DNA of 64,000 nucleotides from Trypanosoma brucei. Lineage: Eukaryota. The DNA lies in the NCBI GenBank assembly GCA_000002445.1, contig CP000068.1, positions 1,024,001 through 1,088,000 on the forward strand. Direction: 5' to 3'. The notes below the pieces were generated by a model. That model saw nothing but the letters and a program-made list of their open reading frames with translations, had not been told where the DNA came from and made no database searches. Positions 53,201-62,525 of this stretch are shown piece after piece; the first letter of the stretch is position 1; the number at the start of each line of letters is the position of its first letter. The position numbers and the translations under genes were made by a program.

Positions 53201-53239
53201 CATCGCCGCGGGGTCGGTCGGAAGGTTCTCGGGTAGCAT
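50204..53239 (-). CDS. Sarco/endoplasmic-reticulum-type Ca2+-transporting P-type ATPase (SERCA family), 1011 aa.
   Basis: ATG verified (MLPENLPTD...). Motifs seen: [11 protein letters not shown] phosphorylation site, [30 protein letters not shown], and ten TM-like segments. Confidence 0.92.
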   Translation of the reverse strand: MLPENLPTDPAAMTPAAVAAALRVDTKVGLSSNEVEERRQAFGINELPSEPPTPFWKLVLAQFEDTLVRILLLAATVSFAMAVVENNAADFVEPFIILLILILNATVGVWQENRAEGAIEALKSFVPKTAVVLRDGDIKTVNAEELVPGDLVEVAVGNRVPADMRVVELHSTTLRADQSILNGESVEAMKQIEAVKGRQERFPACMVYSGTAIVYGKALCVVVRTGASTEIGTIERDVREQEEVKTPLQVKLDEFGVLLSKVIGYICLVVFAVNLVRWYATHKPTKNETFFTRYIQPSVHCLKVAVALAVAAIPEGLPAVVTTCLALGTRRMAQHNALVRDLPSVETLGRCTVICSDKTGTLTTNMMSVLHAFTLKGDGSIKEYELKDSRFNIVSNSVTCEGRQVSSPLEQDGALTKLANIAVLCNDASLHHNAATGQVEKIGEATEAALLVMSEKFANIKGDSAVNAFRTLCEGKWKKNATLEFTRKRKSMSVHVTSTVTGSPASSTNNLFVKGAPEEVLRRSTHVMQDNGAVVQLNATHRKRIIEQLDKISGGANALRCIGFAFKPTKAVQQLRLNDPATFEDVESDLTFVGACGMLDPPREEVRDAIVKCRTAGIRVVVITGDRKETAEAICCKLGLLSSTADTTGLSYTGQELDAMTPAQKREAVLTAVLFSRTDPSHKMQLVQLLKDERLICAMTGDGVNDAPALKKADIGIAMGSGTEVAKSASKMVLADDNFATVVKAVQEGRAIYNNTKQFIRYLISSNIGEVVCILVTGLFGLPEALSPVQLLWVNLVTDGLPATALGFNAPDRDIMEQRPRRMEEPIVNGWLFMRYMVIGVYVGLATVGGFLWWFLRHGFSWHDLTTYTACSDMTNGTCLLLANPQTARAIALSILVVVEMLNALNALSENASLIVSRPSSNVWLLFAIFSSLSLHLIIMYVPFFAKLFNIVPLGVDPHVVQQAQPWSILTPTNFDDWKAVIVFSVPVIFLDELLKFITRRMEKAQEKKKD

Positions 53240-53310
53240 GACGACTCCTCACGCCACACACAATCAAATGTTTAAATTATGAGCTCACAAAAACGCAGTG
53301 GCTCACTTAA

Positions 53311-53345
53311 ACGAAGAAATGTAAAAAAAAAATGAATACGTGTAA
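53311..53345 (-). promoter_or_regulatory. Polypyrimidine tract (U10 on the coding strand) with downstream AG dinucleotides, ~80-110 nt upstream of the SERCA ATG. Candidate trans-splicing acceptor region.
   Basis: The plus strand reads gtaaaaaaaaaatg, which is c-a-t-10-a-c (cattttttttttac) on the minus strand. The kinetoplastid model places a polyY tract then AG upstream of each ORF. The splice site is not determinable from DNA alone. Confidence 0.35.
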
Positions 53346-53707
53346 GCTTATTCACACCGCTAATTGCTTTTCTAAAGTTTACCAAAGGGAGGAAATGAGG
53401 AAAATGTCAACCGTATCCTGTGTGGAGAAAGGAATGAAACAGAAAGCATGGGGATAGGCTACGCTTCAGCGCGCTTCCTAAGGCCTCCAAACGAACATAT
53501 ACACGAACACACGTCTGCCGTCAGCGAAGAGTAAAGAAAGACAGAGGAAACGCCTACCGCAAGCACTAAGTACCCCTCGATGCCACAAAGCGGTTACGAC
53601 AACAACACCCGTTCAATGTCGACAAGGAAAGCAATAAGGGTAGAGTGATTAGATATGTGTGGTTTACCGGTCAAAATCGCTTACCCTCGTTTCCTTTATG
53701 GATCACA

Positions 53708-54499
53708 TTAGAAGAGCTTGATTTTTCTAGCCTTGCGCTGTTTAACCGGGCCCTTACGCTGCGACACCACTCCATCACGTCCAGCGCCCGCCACGGACGA
53801 CAGGGCTATTTCCTCTGAGCCATCCCATCCGTCTTCTGGGCGATCCAAAAGCTCTGGTGGTCCGTCTTCGTACTTGCGGAATAGATACTCGATCGTATAT
53901 TTCCATCGCTCCTCATCATACCTCTGGCGCTCCAGCAACTTTTCATACTCACGAGGTGTCTTGGGTATTTCCTCATGCGTATGGTGATTCACTACGGGTA
54001 GACCAAGCAACTTATATGCTTCCGGTGTGGCGTAAATGGCGTATCGCTGTGGCATTAGTTCCTCACGCATAAACTGCCGTTCCACATAAACCGTCTCGTA
54101 CCGTCGCCCAAACCAACACCCCTTCGCCTCATCAAAGAGATTCACTAAAAATATAACAGGAATCCGTATACTCGGAATCTGCCGCGGCTCACCCACCTCC
54201 AGTAGCGGTCGGTTGCGAATTGTACACGGATACGGTGTGGGTAGATACCTAATGTCGTATTCACCTGGGCGGTGCTCGCTCATTGGGTAACGTGTAGCAT
54301 TCTCCATCATGCGCAGCTTATAAGTGGAGAGTGCCATGCGCTTCCAGTACGGTGTGCGAGCGAGGCGATCACTATAACCCTGTGAGACGCCAAAACGGCC
54401 CCCAACCTCACCGCCAGGAGGTGGTGGCATCGTTACTTTAATATCATGACGTGGCGGCGGCACCCAAGGGGCTACTCGTTGCACCACCGTGCGACGCAT
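53708..54499 (-). CDS. Hypothetical protein, 264 aa from the first plausible ATG, with an N-terminus resembling a mitochondrial presequence (MRRTVVQRVAPWVPPPRH...).
   Basis: The track ORF 53708..54853 starts with GTG, and its first 118 codons read through an AT-rich tract that includes a (TA)n microsatellite. The conserved-looking sequence begins at the ATG at ~54499. Confidence 0.5.
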   Translation of the reverse strand: MRRTVVQRVAPWVPPPRHDIKVTMPPPPGGEVGGRFGVSQGYSDRLARTPYWKRMALSTYKLRMMENATRYPMSEHRPGEYDIRYLPTPYPCTIRNRPLLEVGEPRQIPSIRIPVIFLVNLFDEAKGCWFGRRYETVYVERQFMREELMPQRYAIYATPEAYKLLGLPVVNHHTHEEIPKTPREYEKLLERQRYDEERWKYTIEYLFRKYEDGPPELLDRPEDGWDGSEEIALSSVAGAGRDGVVSQRKGPVKQRKARKIKLF

Positions 54500-54538
54500 T
54501 AAGGCACTCCTCCTTTTAAGCGATATTTGTTGCACCAA

Positions 54539-54556
54539 TATATATATATATATATG
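54539..54556. repeat. (TA)9 microsatellite just upstream of the preceding CDS.
   Basis: The run is directly visible in the sequence. Confidence 0.9.
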
Positions 54557-55336
54557 TATGGCTTCTGCACCTTTCGAAAACACAAGATATCGGGAAATGA
54601 TGTTTATAATAGTCACTGTTATTATCACGGATAAACGAGGAGTTTCGCACTTTCCTGAACAAGAGCAAATAAGACGCGGGTGCAAAGCGTTAAAATAAAT
54701 AACACAAAAAAGCCGCACTGAACAAAGGATTATCATTATTAATAATAAACTAAGGGGTTCGTTTCGCTTCATGATTTGAGAAGGTTCAAGTAATCGAAAC
54801 AATAATGTGTATGGTGTAAGTATTTGGTCGTGTGCGCACCCCAAGATCTTCACTACATACGTCCTGGAAAAAAAAAAAGCTGACGAAGAACACGAACCTC
54901 ACTAAGTACCAGGGGGAAAAAAAAACGTCGAGTTGTGGGACGATAACTATCTCACTAATGATGACTGTGGCACTTGATATGGGGTCAACAGTGGGAGGAG
55001 GGAAAGAATTCGAAAAACGGTAACTTTCGGCACAACCCACAAATTTTTTTAAATACCACTCTCACACCCACAGACATCCGATGAACAACAACAAACTGAA
55101 AGGTCCAAAGCGGTTCGCACATAAGTGATTCTCCCTGGTTAGAAAAGCAGAGGTACATCAATTACTGTCACCTAAAATGTTAATACCATCGGAAGTTAGT
55201 GATAGCTCTTGGATGGGAATACGGTAGGGCACCCGCAAGACCTTTACCGCTTCTTCTACTTCAAACACCGACTTTCCCTCGCTCCTTCAATTCATAAATG
55301 GTACTCATCGTCTTCATTCATCACACCACCTGTCCC

Positions 55337-56923
55337 CTAACCGCTAAGTTGCAGCTGCAGGGAGTCATCAAGTGCAGTTAGTAGTTCCGGATAGCGCCAC
55401 CTTGCATATGCAAGTTGAATGGAAGAGATTAGTTCTGACCACCATGCGCGAAGCATTAGCAGTAACACGTACCATTGAGATCTATCCTCATTGCAAATTC
55501 TTGCCGAGTAACGAAGCATCCGCAAAGGCCTGTTTACAGGATCATTCAGTACCTTGTTTATCGCCTTTGCTGCCATGATGTTCCGCAAGACTAACGAGTA
55601 CTCTTTGGGAAGTTCATAAACTATTTCGTTGATCTTGTCCATCTGGTTTCGCATTTGATCTTGCATAAGTCCCTTCGTCATTTTTGTCATCACGCGCCCC
55701 TCCGCGGTAAACAATTCATACGGGTGCTGTAAGAAACAAGAGGCAAGTAATGCGTAGTCCTCAATACCAAACTTTTCGGATATCCTTTTCAGTGTCGCGG
55801 TGTCATGTGTCACGGAGGAGGTCCAAATAGTAGCCAAATCCCTCCGCATTTCATCCGTTAACTCCGTACAGAGGCCGAAATCTAATAGAACTACCTGCGG
55901 TTTCCCGTTCGGTAGACGATGCACTAAAATATTCCCCGCGTGCGGATCACCATGTACGAAGCCCGAAACAAATAGCTGATACGAGAGTGCGTCATAGAGC
56001 CATGATGCAACCATCTTGGGTTCAATACCCAACTCCATTAGCCTACTTATATCTGTTATCCTCGCAGCGTCTTTGATCAGGCGCGTCGTCAGAACTCGAC
56101 GGGTGGAATATAATCGCAGCACCTCGGGGGTAACAACACGGTCCCCGAATCCACCGGCTTTTAGATCCCGTGCGCCCCGCTCGCAGTTGTCCGCTTCTAG
56201 TGCAAAATCTAACTCGTTCCCAACGGTTTTGTTAAGCTTGGAAACAATTCCTGAGAGATCATAACCACGAAAGAAGAACCCAGCAATATTCAGCATGAGT
56301 TGGATCGTGCGCATATCACCTTTAAAGCGCTGCGCGATGTCTATGTACTGAACCTTTACCGCAACATCGATACCCTCCTTCCTGAGTTTCCCTCGGTGCA
56401 CTTGCGCAAGGGAAGCGGCGGCAAGTGGTTTGGGATCAATCACTTCGAATATTTCGTCAACAGGCCTGTCGAGATCGTGCTCCAACACCGCCATCACCTC
56501 CGTAAAGGGCCGCTTGGCCACGTTGTCTTGCAACACCGCCATCACCGAGCAGTACTGCGGGGGTAGGACATGGTTCAGATTAGCGAAAACCTGCCCTACC
56601 TTCACATAAAGGCCACCGTTTGTCTCAGCAAGTTTCACTAAACGGGAGGCGCTGCGAAGGTGAACCTCATTCCACCTCTCTTGATCCTCCACGCCATGAA
56701 GACTCCACGCGTAGTCAACGAAGATGCACCCGCTAACATATGCACAGCGAAACACGCGGCCGACGCCATCCAACAGCACGCGGGAAGGCAGCAGCGGAGC
56801 TGGAACATATTCCAATGGGGGAACCATTAGCAGTGATGTTGCCACGGCAGCGCTTCCCACGGTTAAGGAAACACAACGGCGAGGGGACCGACGAGTAAAA
56901 CGACGAATTGTGCGCCAAGCCAT
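55337..56923 (-). CDS. ABC1/ADCK/UbiB-family atypical protein kinase, 528 aa.
   Basis: ATG verified (MAWRTIRR...). Family motifs: AAASLAQVHRGKL, HGDPHAGNILV, and the DFG-like LLDFGL. Confidence 0.88.
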   Translation of the reverse strand: MAWRTIRRFTRRSPRRCVSLTVGSAAVATSLLMVPPLEYVPAPLLPSRVLLDGVGRVFRCAYVSGCIFVDYAWSLHGVEDQERWNEVHLRSASRLVKLAETNGGLYVKVGQVFANLNHVLPPQYCSVMAVLQDNVAKRPFTEVMAVLEHDLDRPVDEIFEVIDPKPLAAASLAQVHRGKLRKEGIDVAVKVQYIDIAQRFKGDMRTIQLMLNIAGFFFRGYDLSGIVSKLNKTVGNELDFALEADNCERGARDLKAGGFGDRVVTPEVLRLYSTRRVLTTRLIKDAARITDISRLMELGIEPKMVASWLYDALSYQLFVSGFVHGDPHAGNILVHRLPNGKPQVVLLDFGLCTELTDEMRRDLATIWTSSVTHDTATLKRISEKFGIEDYALLASCFLQHPYELFTAEGRVMTKMTKGLMQDQMRNQMDKINEIVYELPKEYSLVLRNIMAAKAINKVLNDPVNRPLRMLRYSARICNEDRSQWYVLLLMLRAWWSELISSIQLAYARWRYPELLTALDDSLQLQLSG

Positions 56924-57761
56924 TTATTTCAAAGTTACGTGGCTTAGGGTGAGAAGTTCCACCTTCTTTTTGTGATGACTTTCAATCAGTGTGTGGCGGC
57001 TGCCGGACCCAAGCTTGTAAGAAGAGTGTAGTGAGGAATTCTCCGCTACGATTGTATGACTCGCTCAGACGAGGTCATCGTATCATTAAATATGCAAGTA
57101 TAAACAAAGAGGCACAAAAAGAAAGAGAAATAAATAACCGTTGAGTTTAGCGGATTCATGAACCAATGGTAACACCGTCAAAGCAAGAGGGAAATAGGCG
57201 CGTGCGGATCCCCTCACACGGCTTGACACATTTTAATAATTAGGTTTAGTAGATGTCCAACAAGTGCCATGGGGCACCTCTGTTGGTAGCCCTCATCGCC
57301 ATACAAAGGACAGCGACAGAAATAGGGGGACCGGCCTGTTAGCACCACAAATACGTTAGGGAGTTCCTTTCCGCAGCCCCTGCTCATGGACAAACCATTG
57401 TGCCTTCGTTCGTCGTCCTGCGCCAGCTGGGGTCTCTCTTGGACCGTTTCTCCATCAGATGATGTCACTCTCCCCGCACAAAACTAATAAGGTTAAGTGA
57501 GGCACCGCTTAGAGAACGACGCAACTACATGGGATTGGTCATAAGGTAGGGCACGCAAATAAGCAGAACACTGTTTCGCCCTATAATACAAAGCTGCAAA
57601 CGAACCACCAACCTGATATGCCTATGACGTGAAGCGGTCCTTTATTAGTAAACATGCGTATGCATGATCATCAGCCCCCGTTTGATCGATATTTTCGCTG
57701 CTTCACATATTTTAATCTGCTTTGCAAACTGCCGTACCCCACCAGTCCCTCCTTCCGCGAT

Positions 57762-60152
57762 CTAATCAATTTCTACAACCTCGTCACTATCTTCGTCCCC
57801 GGAGTCGATAAGCACAGGAACAGCGGCTTTGGAAAGGGTACAGCCACCCGCCGGCACATTGGCCTCACCGACAGCATCCCCAGCATCGATAGCTGCGGGA
57901 TCGGCAGTACTAATTGGCATCGCGAGAAGCGAACTCTCGAACTTTAAGGCCTCCTCAAGGCCTTCCACCACTACACCCGACTGTGGTACCTGCTCTTTGA
58001 GTTCTTCGCAATGATGAACTACCACTCGCCACTCTACGTCGTGGTCGAGATCGTCAACAAGAAGATCTAACGGCCTGTGATCATCCTTCATTTGTGATAG
58101 CAAAGGAGTAGAATTTAGGGCTTCATAGTCCCCTTTCTCGTACAAAATGCTTGCACCATGAAAAATTGTCGGCTCGTGCATATTCAAGTGTTGCTGAAGT
58201 ACGCGATGAACAAACAATTCGAACGTTACCTGCTTAGCATTCAAATACACGTCGACAGTTGGGTGACGATCGCGGCACACGAGACACTTATCACTGGCCG
58301 GATTAGGGGGCGCACTGTGAACAAGGTACATGTCTGAAACCCACCGTACCAACCCCAGTTTGCCATTTCCCCCTAAAACGGCGGAAGGATTGGCTGAAAG
58401 GCGACGGCGGCGCACTTGAGGTACTTTTCTAACGTAAATCATCTTCGGTTCAGGCGGTTGATTTCCCCCACGAGACACGAACAGTACACGCACAGCCTGC
58501 TGCACAACACCAGCAGCTATAACAGCATTTGTCGTTGCGATAGCGGGCACAATTGCCCCGGCAATGCTACGGATTTCCTCGACCGACTGCTGAGGTGATA
58601 TATGGAATATTAGAGCACGTAAATTCGACACACCCGCCACAAAATCAACCGCATCATCATCTTCCTTACGAAAGGCAACTCGTTGGCCACGCGAAGCACA
58701 GCGAACAAAAGCATCGACAAAAAGTAAAGCTGTTTCATTCAACGACATTAAACAATCCCGAGTCACTCGCGGGACTACGCCCTGGGGATTATCACACGCC
58801 GCTTTAAGTTGTTCCGCTGCTCCGTGAATAGCTGTGGGTTCAAGGGGGGACGGTGGTTGCGTTGGCCAAGCAGACTTAATGGAAAGGAGTTCCTCAATCT
58901 TCGAAACAAACAAACAACACCCTAGCGAAACCGCTAAGTTGTGCAAATTTAGTTTACCATTTTCTGTGTTGATCCCCTGCCGCTCTTTTTCCTGGTTTAG
59001 GAGATCATCGACGAAGGTTAGTTCATCCCCGGCATCTTGTTGTCCATCGCCGAAGAGACGCTCGTACAGCTCCTTTGCGTAGTGAACGCAATGAACCATA
59101 GTTGTGGGTCGAGCGTGAACTGTACAGACGGCTAGTGTTTGTTTTCCTGAAGCCTTTGGATGACAATCATAGCATTCATAGCGACCATATACAATGGGTT
59201 GAACCTGACCATTGTATCCCATCGTCCCACTCTCAACGAGCGGCACGCCTGCTTGCTTGCACATGCGATTGACACACTGACGAGCACTAACGTTGTCAAG
59301 GGCATTCAGCACAACCGCGAATTGAGCAAAGAACGCTTTACCATAGGCTTCATCCTTGATGTTGGCATGGTGAGCGCGAATGTTGGGAGGTCGCCGTGGG
59401 TTTGCAGGGGTGAACCAGTTCATGATGGCCTGACGTGCAGTGGCACTCTTGGACTGACCAACGTCATCCCTATTAAAAAGGAATTGCCGGTTGAGGTTTG
59501 TTGCGTCAACAGTGTCTAAGTCGAACACGTCGATGTCGCTAAACCCGTAAAGCACGAGAACTTTGAGCAGTTCGCACCCGATGCCTCCAGCGCCGACAAC
59601 GAGGACGCGGCTATCCAATAACACTATGTCTTTATCTGCAGCGTATTGTATATTCGTACCAGGAGTCTTTATCCGTCCTTCAACAGCTACTAGTGCAGTT
59701 GGTGTCGCCGCACACACTACTCTCTTTTCCCAGTACACCGGCAACTCCATGCCACCTACTTCATCAGAGAAGTGAAGTCTCACCTGCGTGAAACTTGGAA
59801 ACCCTGTAGCGTTCTGAATTTCGTCAAAAGTCAGTCCGGCAGGAATACAAACTTCCGTACCGGCGGGAGTGGAAAGTGACAGAGATAGGAATCCCTTAAC
59901 AAATGAAAATGAGACACCCTTACCACCCTCATGCACATGTACGTCAATGAATACATCGTCCACCGAAGTACCGTCAACAGCTTCCCGCAACGCTACGCGG
60001 ACTGCTGCAACAACTGATTCCCGAACAAAACGAGCATCGTCAGCAGCAACGCCCTGCGCGCCCTCACGTTTCACACGCTTCACAGAAACAGTCTGTGCTT
60101 CCTGCGATAGTATCGGCACGGGAAAGACAATATGTCCGACATTAACGTGCAT
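57762..60152 (-). CDS. UBA2: SUMO-activating enzyme subunit 2 (UBA2/SAE2-type E1), 796 aa, with a ~170-aa N-terminal extension ahead of the ThiF domain.
   Basis: ATG verified (MHVNVGH...). Blocks matching human UBA2: VLVVGAGGIGCELLKVLVLYGF, DLDTVDATNLNRQFLF, LNALDNVSARQCVNRMC, ECYDCHPK (zinc CxxC), AVCTVHARPTTMVHCVHYAKELY (catalytic Cys region), IVPAIATTNAVIAAG, and an acidic C-terminus VLIDSGDEDSDE. Confidence 0.85.
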   Translation of the reverse strand: MHVNVGHIVFPVPILSQEAQTVSVKRVKREGAQGVAADDARFVRESVVAAVRVALREAVDGTSVDDVFIDVHVHEGGKGVSFSFVKGFLSLSLSTPAGTEVCIPAGLTFDEIQNATGFPSFTQVRLHFSDEVGGMELPVYWEKRVVCAATPTALVAVEGRIKTPGTNIQYAADKDIVLLDSRVLVVGAGGIGCELLKVLVLYGFSDIDVFDLDTVDATNLNRQFLFNRDDVGQSKSATARQAIMNWFTPANPRRPPNIRAHHANIKDEAYGKAFFAQFAVVLNALDNVSARQCVNRMCKQAGVPLVESGTMGYNGQVQPIVYGRYECYDCHPKASGKQTLAVCTVHARPTTMVHCVHYAKELYERLFGDGQQDAGDELTFVDDLLNQEKERQGINTENGKLNLHNLAVSLGCCLFVSKIEELLSIKSAWPTQPPSPLEPTAIHGAAEQLKAACDNPQGVVPRVTRDCLMSLNETALLFVDAFVRCASRGQRVAFRKEDDDAVDFVAGVSNLRALIFHISPQQSVEEIRSIAGAIVPAIATTNAVIAAGVVQQAVRVLFVSRGGNQPPEPKMIYVRKVPQVRRRRLSANPSAVLGGNGKLGLVRWVSDMYLVHSAPPNPASDKCLVCRDRHPTVDVYLNAKQVTFELFVHRVLQQHLNMHEPTIFHGASILYEKGDYEALNSTPLLSQMKDDHRPLDLLVDDLDHDVEWRVVVHHCEELKEQVPQSGVVVEGLEEALKFESSLLAMPISTADPAAIDAGDAVGEANVPAGGCTLSKAAVPVLIDSGDEDSDEVVEID

Positions 60153-60180
60153 CCTATCGCGATAGCAACACTACCACATG

Positions 60181-60300
60181 TAAAAAGAAAAAGAAGATGG
60201 GCACACTGATAAAATACATAATAGACAAAAAAAAATGGTCGTCACACACTAATCACAAAGAAATAAAATGATAGTCCCTCCAAGAGTAAAAAAATGCTCT
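60181..60300 (-). promoter_or_regulatory. U-rich polypyrimidine region (coding strand) upstream of the UBA2 ATG. Candidate trans-splice or polyadenylation signal region.
   Basis: The plus strand is A-rich (gtaaaaagaaaaagaag...acaaaaaaaaatgg...agtaaaaaaatgc). The interpretation rests on the kinetoplastid RNA-processing model. Confidence 0.35.
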
Positions 60301-60950
60301 CAGATTCATCAAAATATAAGGTAAGAGCAAGCCGCCTTCATAGCCAAACCCAAGTGCAAATGTCCATAAGAATGTGCATACGTAAGGCCCACTTCAGTGA
60401 AGGAGCACAACCCGCACAGGCTACAGAAAATAAACAGTGAAAAAGAAGTAACAGAAAAAAATACATCACTCAGAATAAACATAAAAGCGCGGAACAAAAA
60501 AAAATAGCACAAAAATAAGAAGATGCAGATAATTAAAAAAAAAAAGTATGTAAAGTAGTATTGCAATCAACAAAAAGCAAAAAATTAAAAAACAACTATA
60601 ATCAATAGGTAACAACACCCAGTCGAAAGAAAGTAAATATGAAACTAAAATTGTTGAGCCGCACAAATGCTGCATGGCAACTTACCACCTTAACACACAA
60701 ACAAAGAAAGAAAGAAACACGAAAACACATACAAATACGAATACAAGAAATTGTGTATCATATTGTGACAGCCTGCGACATCAAAGTTACAAACACATTA
60801 CCTGTGATAAATTATAACCATATGCTGTTTCCGTCCTAACCATTCCAAATTAAGGGACAAAAAAAAAAGGAGGACATATCCGAAAACGTTTGCCGCAAGA
60901 AATGATCATGTAACGGTGGCAAAAAAAAATAACACACCCAAGTGCAAACT

Positions 60951-62096
60951 CTAAACTTGAATCACAGAAACCCGGTCCATACACTTCCGCTGGCCAGACA
61001 AGGCATGCTGAAATAACGTGTTAGATATCGTTGTTTGATCCACATGATAAAGTGTCAATAATTCATCTCTCACAACCAAAGTAAGAGGAACACTGGCACC
61101 AGGTACAATATCACCTCCAAGAGAGCGGAGACGGGCACATGTGACAAATGTTGCAAAGGGATCTGTGCACAACTGGTGCAGTTGGCAATACCGCCGCATG
61201 TGAATAGTCAAGAGAGTGCTATAACGCCTCCCATTGGCATTTACGCATTCAACTCGAGGACAAGTCTCACTGCTTGCTGCATTGGGGTTCTCCAATTGCT
61301 CCGCATTATACAACATCAAAGGAACAGCAGATTCCCCTGGAGGAGTATCGCTGTCCTCAACACGAGGATCACGGCTTGTGGAGGAAGACATTTCAGTCAC
61401 TGTAGGAGGACAGGGCACGGGAACACAACGCCCCCGCTCACTTGTCATCACCATTGTTCCAAGTGCTGCAGCTTCCTCTTCAGTTACCCAATATTGTGAC
61501 TTGAATCGTGTATAGAAGGGGTGACTCATAAGCACCAGCCGCAGTCTTCGAGAGAAGGGTCGCCCCGTTGCGCAGAGTGGCATGGCCTTCACCGACGCAA
61601 GCGCAACGCATGAATCAGCCTCCGGAGAGTTCGTTTGCTGCAGGTTGTAAAGAACCACGTTAAACATCGAGGTGCTCACTTCAACCCCAACCTCACATTC
61701 CAGCACCGTGTAACCCCCTCGTATATATGATGCATTTGTAGCCCAAACAGGCGATCGGAAACCTCGTAACTCCGCTGCATTCGCAAGTTGTTGTGCCACA
61801 TCGCCTTCATACAATACACCACGAAGGTTCATCGGTTTGTAGTATGATGGTAGAGATCCGACCCTCGTAACCGCAGCACGCTGGGAAGCGGTTTCACCGA
61901 GCAGGTTGTCAAGTGAGTTGCAAATACTTTCATTAATTGAAACTTGAGGATGTGTTGCAACTTCCTCAACAGCACATGCGGGAGTTTCTGATGACATCGC
62001 CAGGGGTTTTAACATTTCTCTCCGTCCTCGAAAAAAGACAGCAGAGTGCCATAAACTCCGTGTAACCAGCATGTGGTGTGGTGCAAACCGTCTCAT
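60951..62096 (-). CDS. Hypothetical protein, 381 aa from the first ATG, with an N-terminus resembling a mitochondrial presequence (MRRFAPHHMLVTRSLWHSAVFFRGRR...).
   Basis: The track start at 62120 is TTG, and the first ATG is at residue 9. No recognised motif. Confidence 0.5.
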   Translation of the reverse strand: MRRFAPHHMLVTRSLWHSAVFFRGRREMLKPLAMSSETPACAVEEVATHPQVSINESICNSLDNLLGETASQRAAVTRVGSLPSYYKPMNLRGVLYEGDVAQQLANAAELRGFRSPVWATNASYIRGGYTVLECEVGVEVSTSMFNVVLYNLQQTNSPEADSCVALASVKAMPLCATGRPFSRRLRLVLMSHPFYTRFKSQYWVTEEEAAALGTMVMTSERGRCVPVPCPPTVTEMSSSTSRDPRVEDSDTPPGESAVPLMLYNAEQLENPNAASSETCPRVECVNANGRRYSTLLTIHMRRYCQLHQLCTDPFATFVTCARLRSLGGDIVPGASVPLTLVVRDELLTLYHVDQTTISNTLFQHALSGQRKCMDRVSVIQV

Positions 62097-62467
62097 TGTA
62101 CCAACGGATGTTTGTTTCAAAAGGTGCCCGAGTTTTTTTTTGTTAATAATTATATTTCTTCAAAACAAAAAAAGAAATAAAATGGCAACGCACGTCTCTC
62201 CGTGTAACGACGAACTCCTACTAAGCTCAACGCAACTAACAAAAATTTTAAAAAATAGAAAAAAGAGAGAAGATAATAATGTTAGCATTTAAGAGCGAAA
62301 GGGTTCAACGAGAAAGGAATTTTTAACTGTGGGAATCCGTTCTGTGTATGTCTCGCGCAGTTCTTGTTACGCACAATTTTAGAAGACAGAGGTCAAAAGT
62401 TTTACCTCAACCAAATTTTATGAAAGGGATAAGAACACGACATTCCGTAGGCTGCAACAAACACTGT

Positions 62468-62483
62468 CACACACACACACACA
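62468..62483. repeat. (CA)8 microsatellite.
   Basis: The run is directly visible in the sequence. Confidence 0.9.
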
Positions 62484-62525
62484 GAGACAGAGAAACACAC
62501 GTACACTGACAAAATTCACTTAAGT

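Noticed and set aside
53708-54853. Full 381-aa ORF as given in the track
   Set aside because: The first codon is GTG. The N-terminal 118 codons read through an AT-rich tract and a (TA)9 microsatellite. The coding-looking sequence starts at the ATG near 54499.
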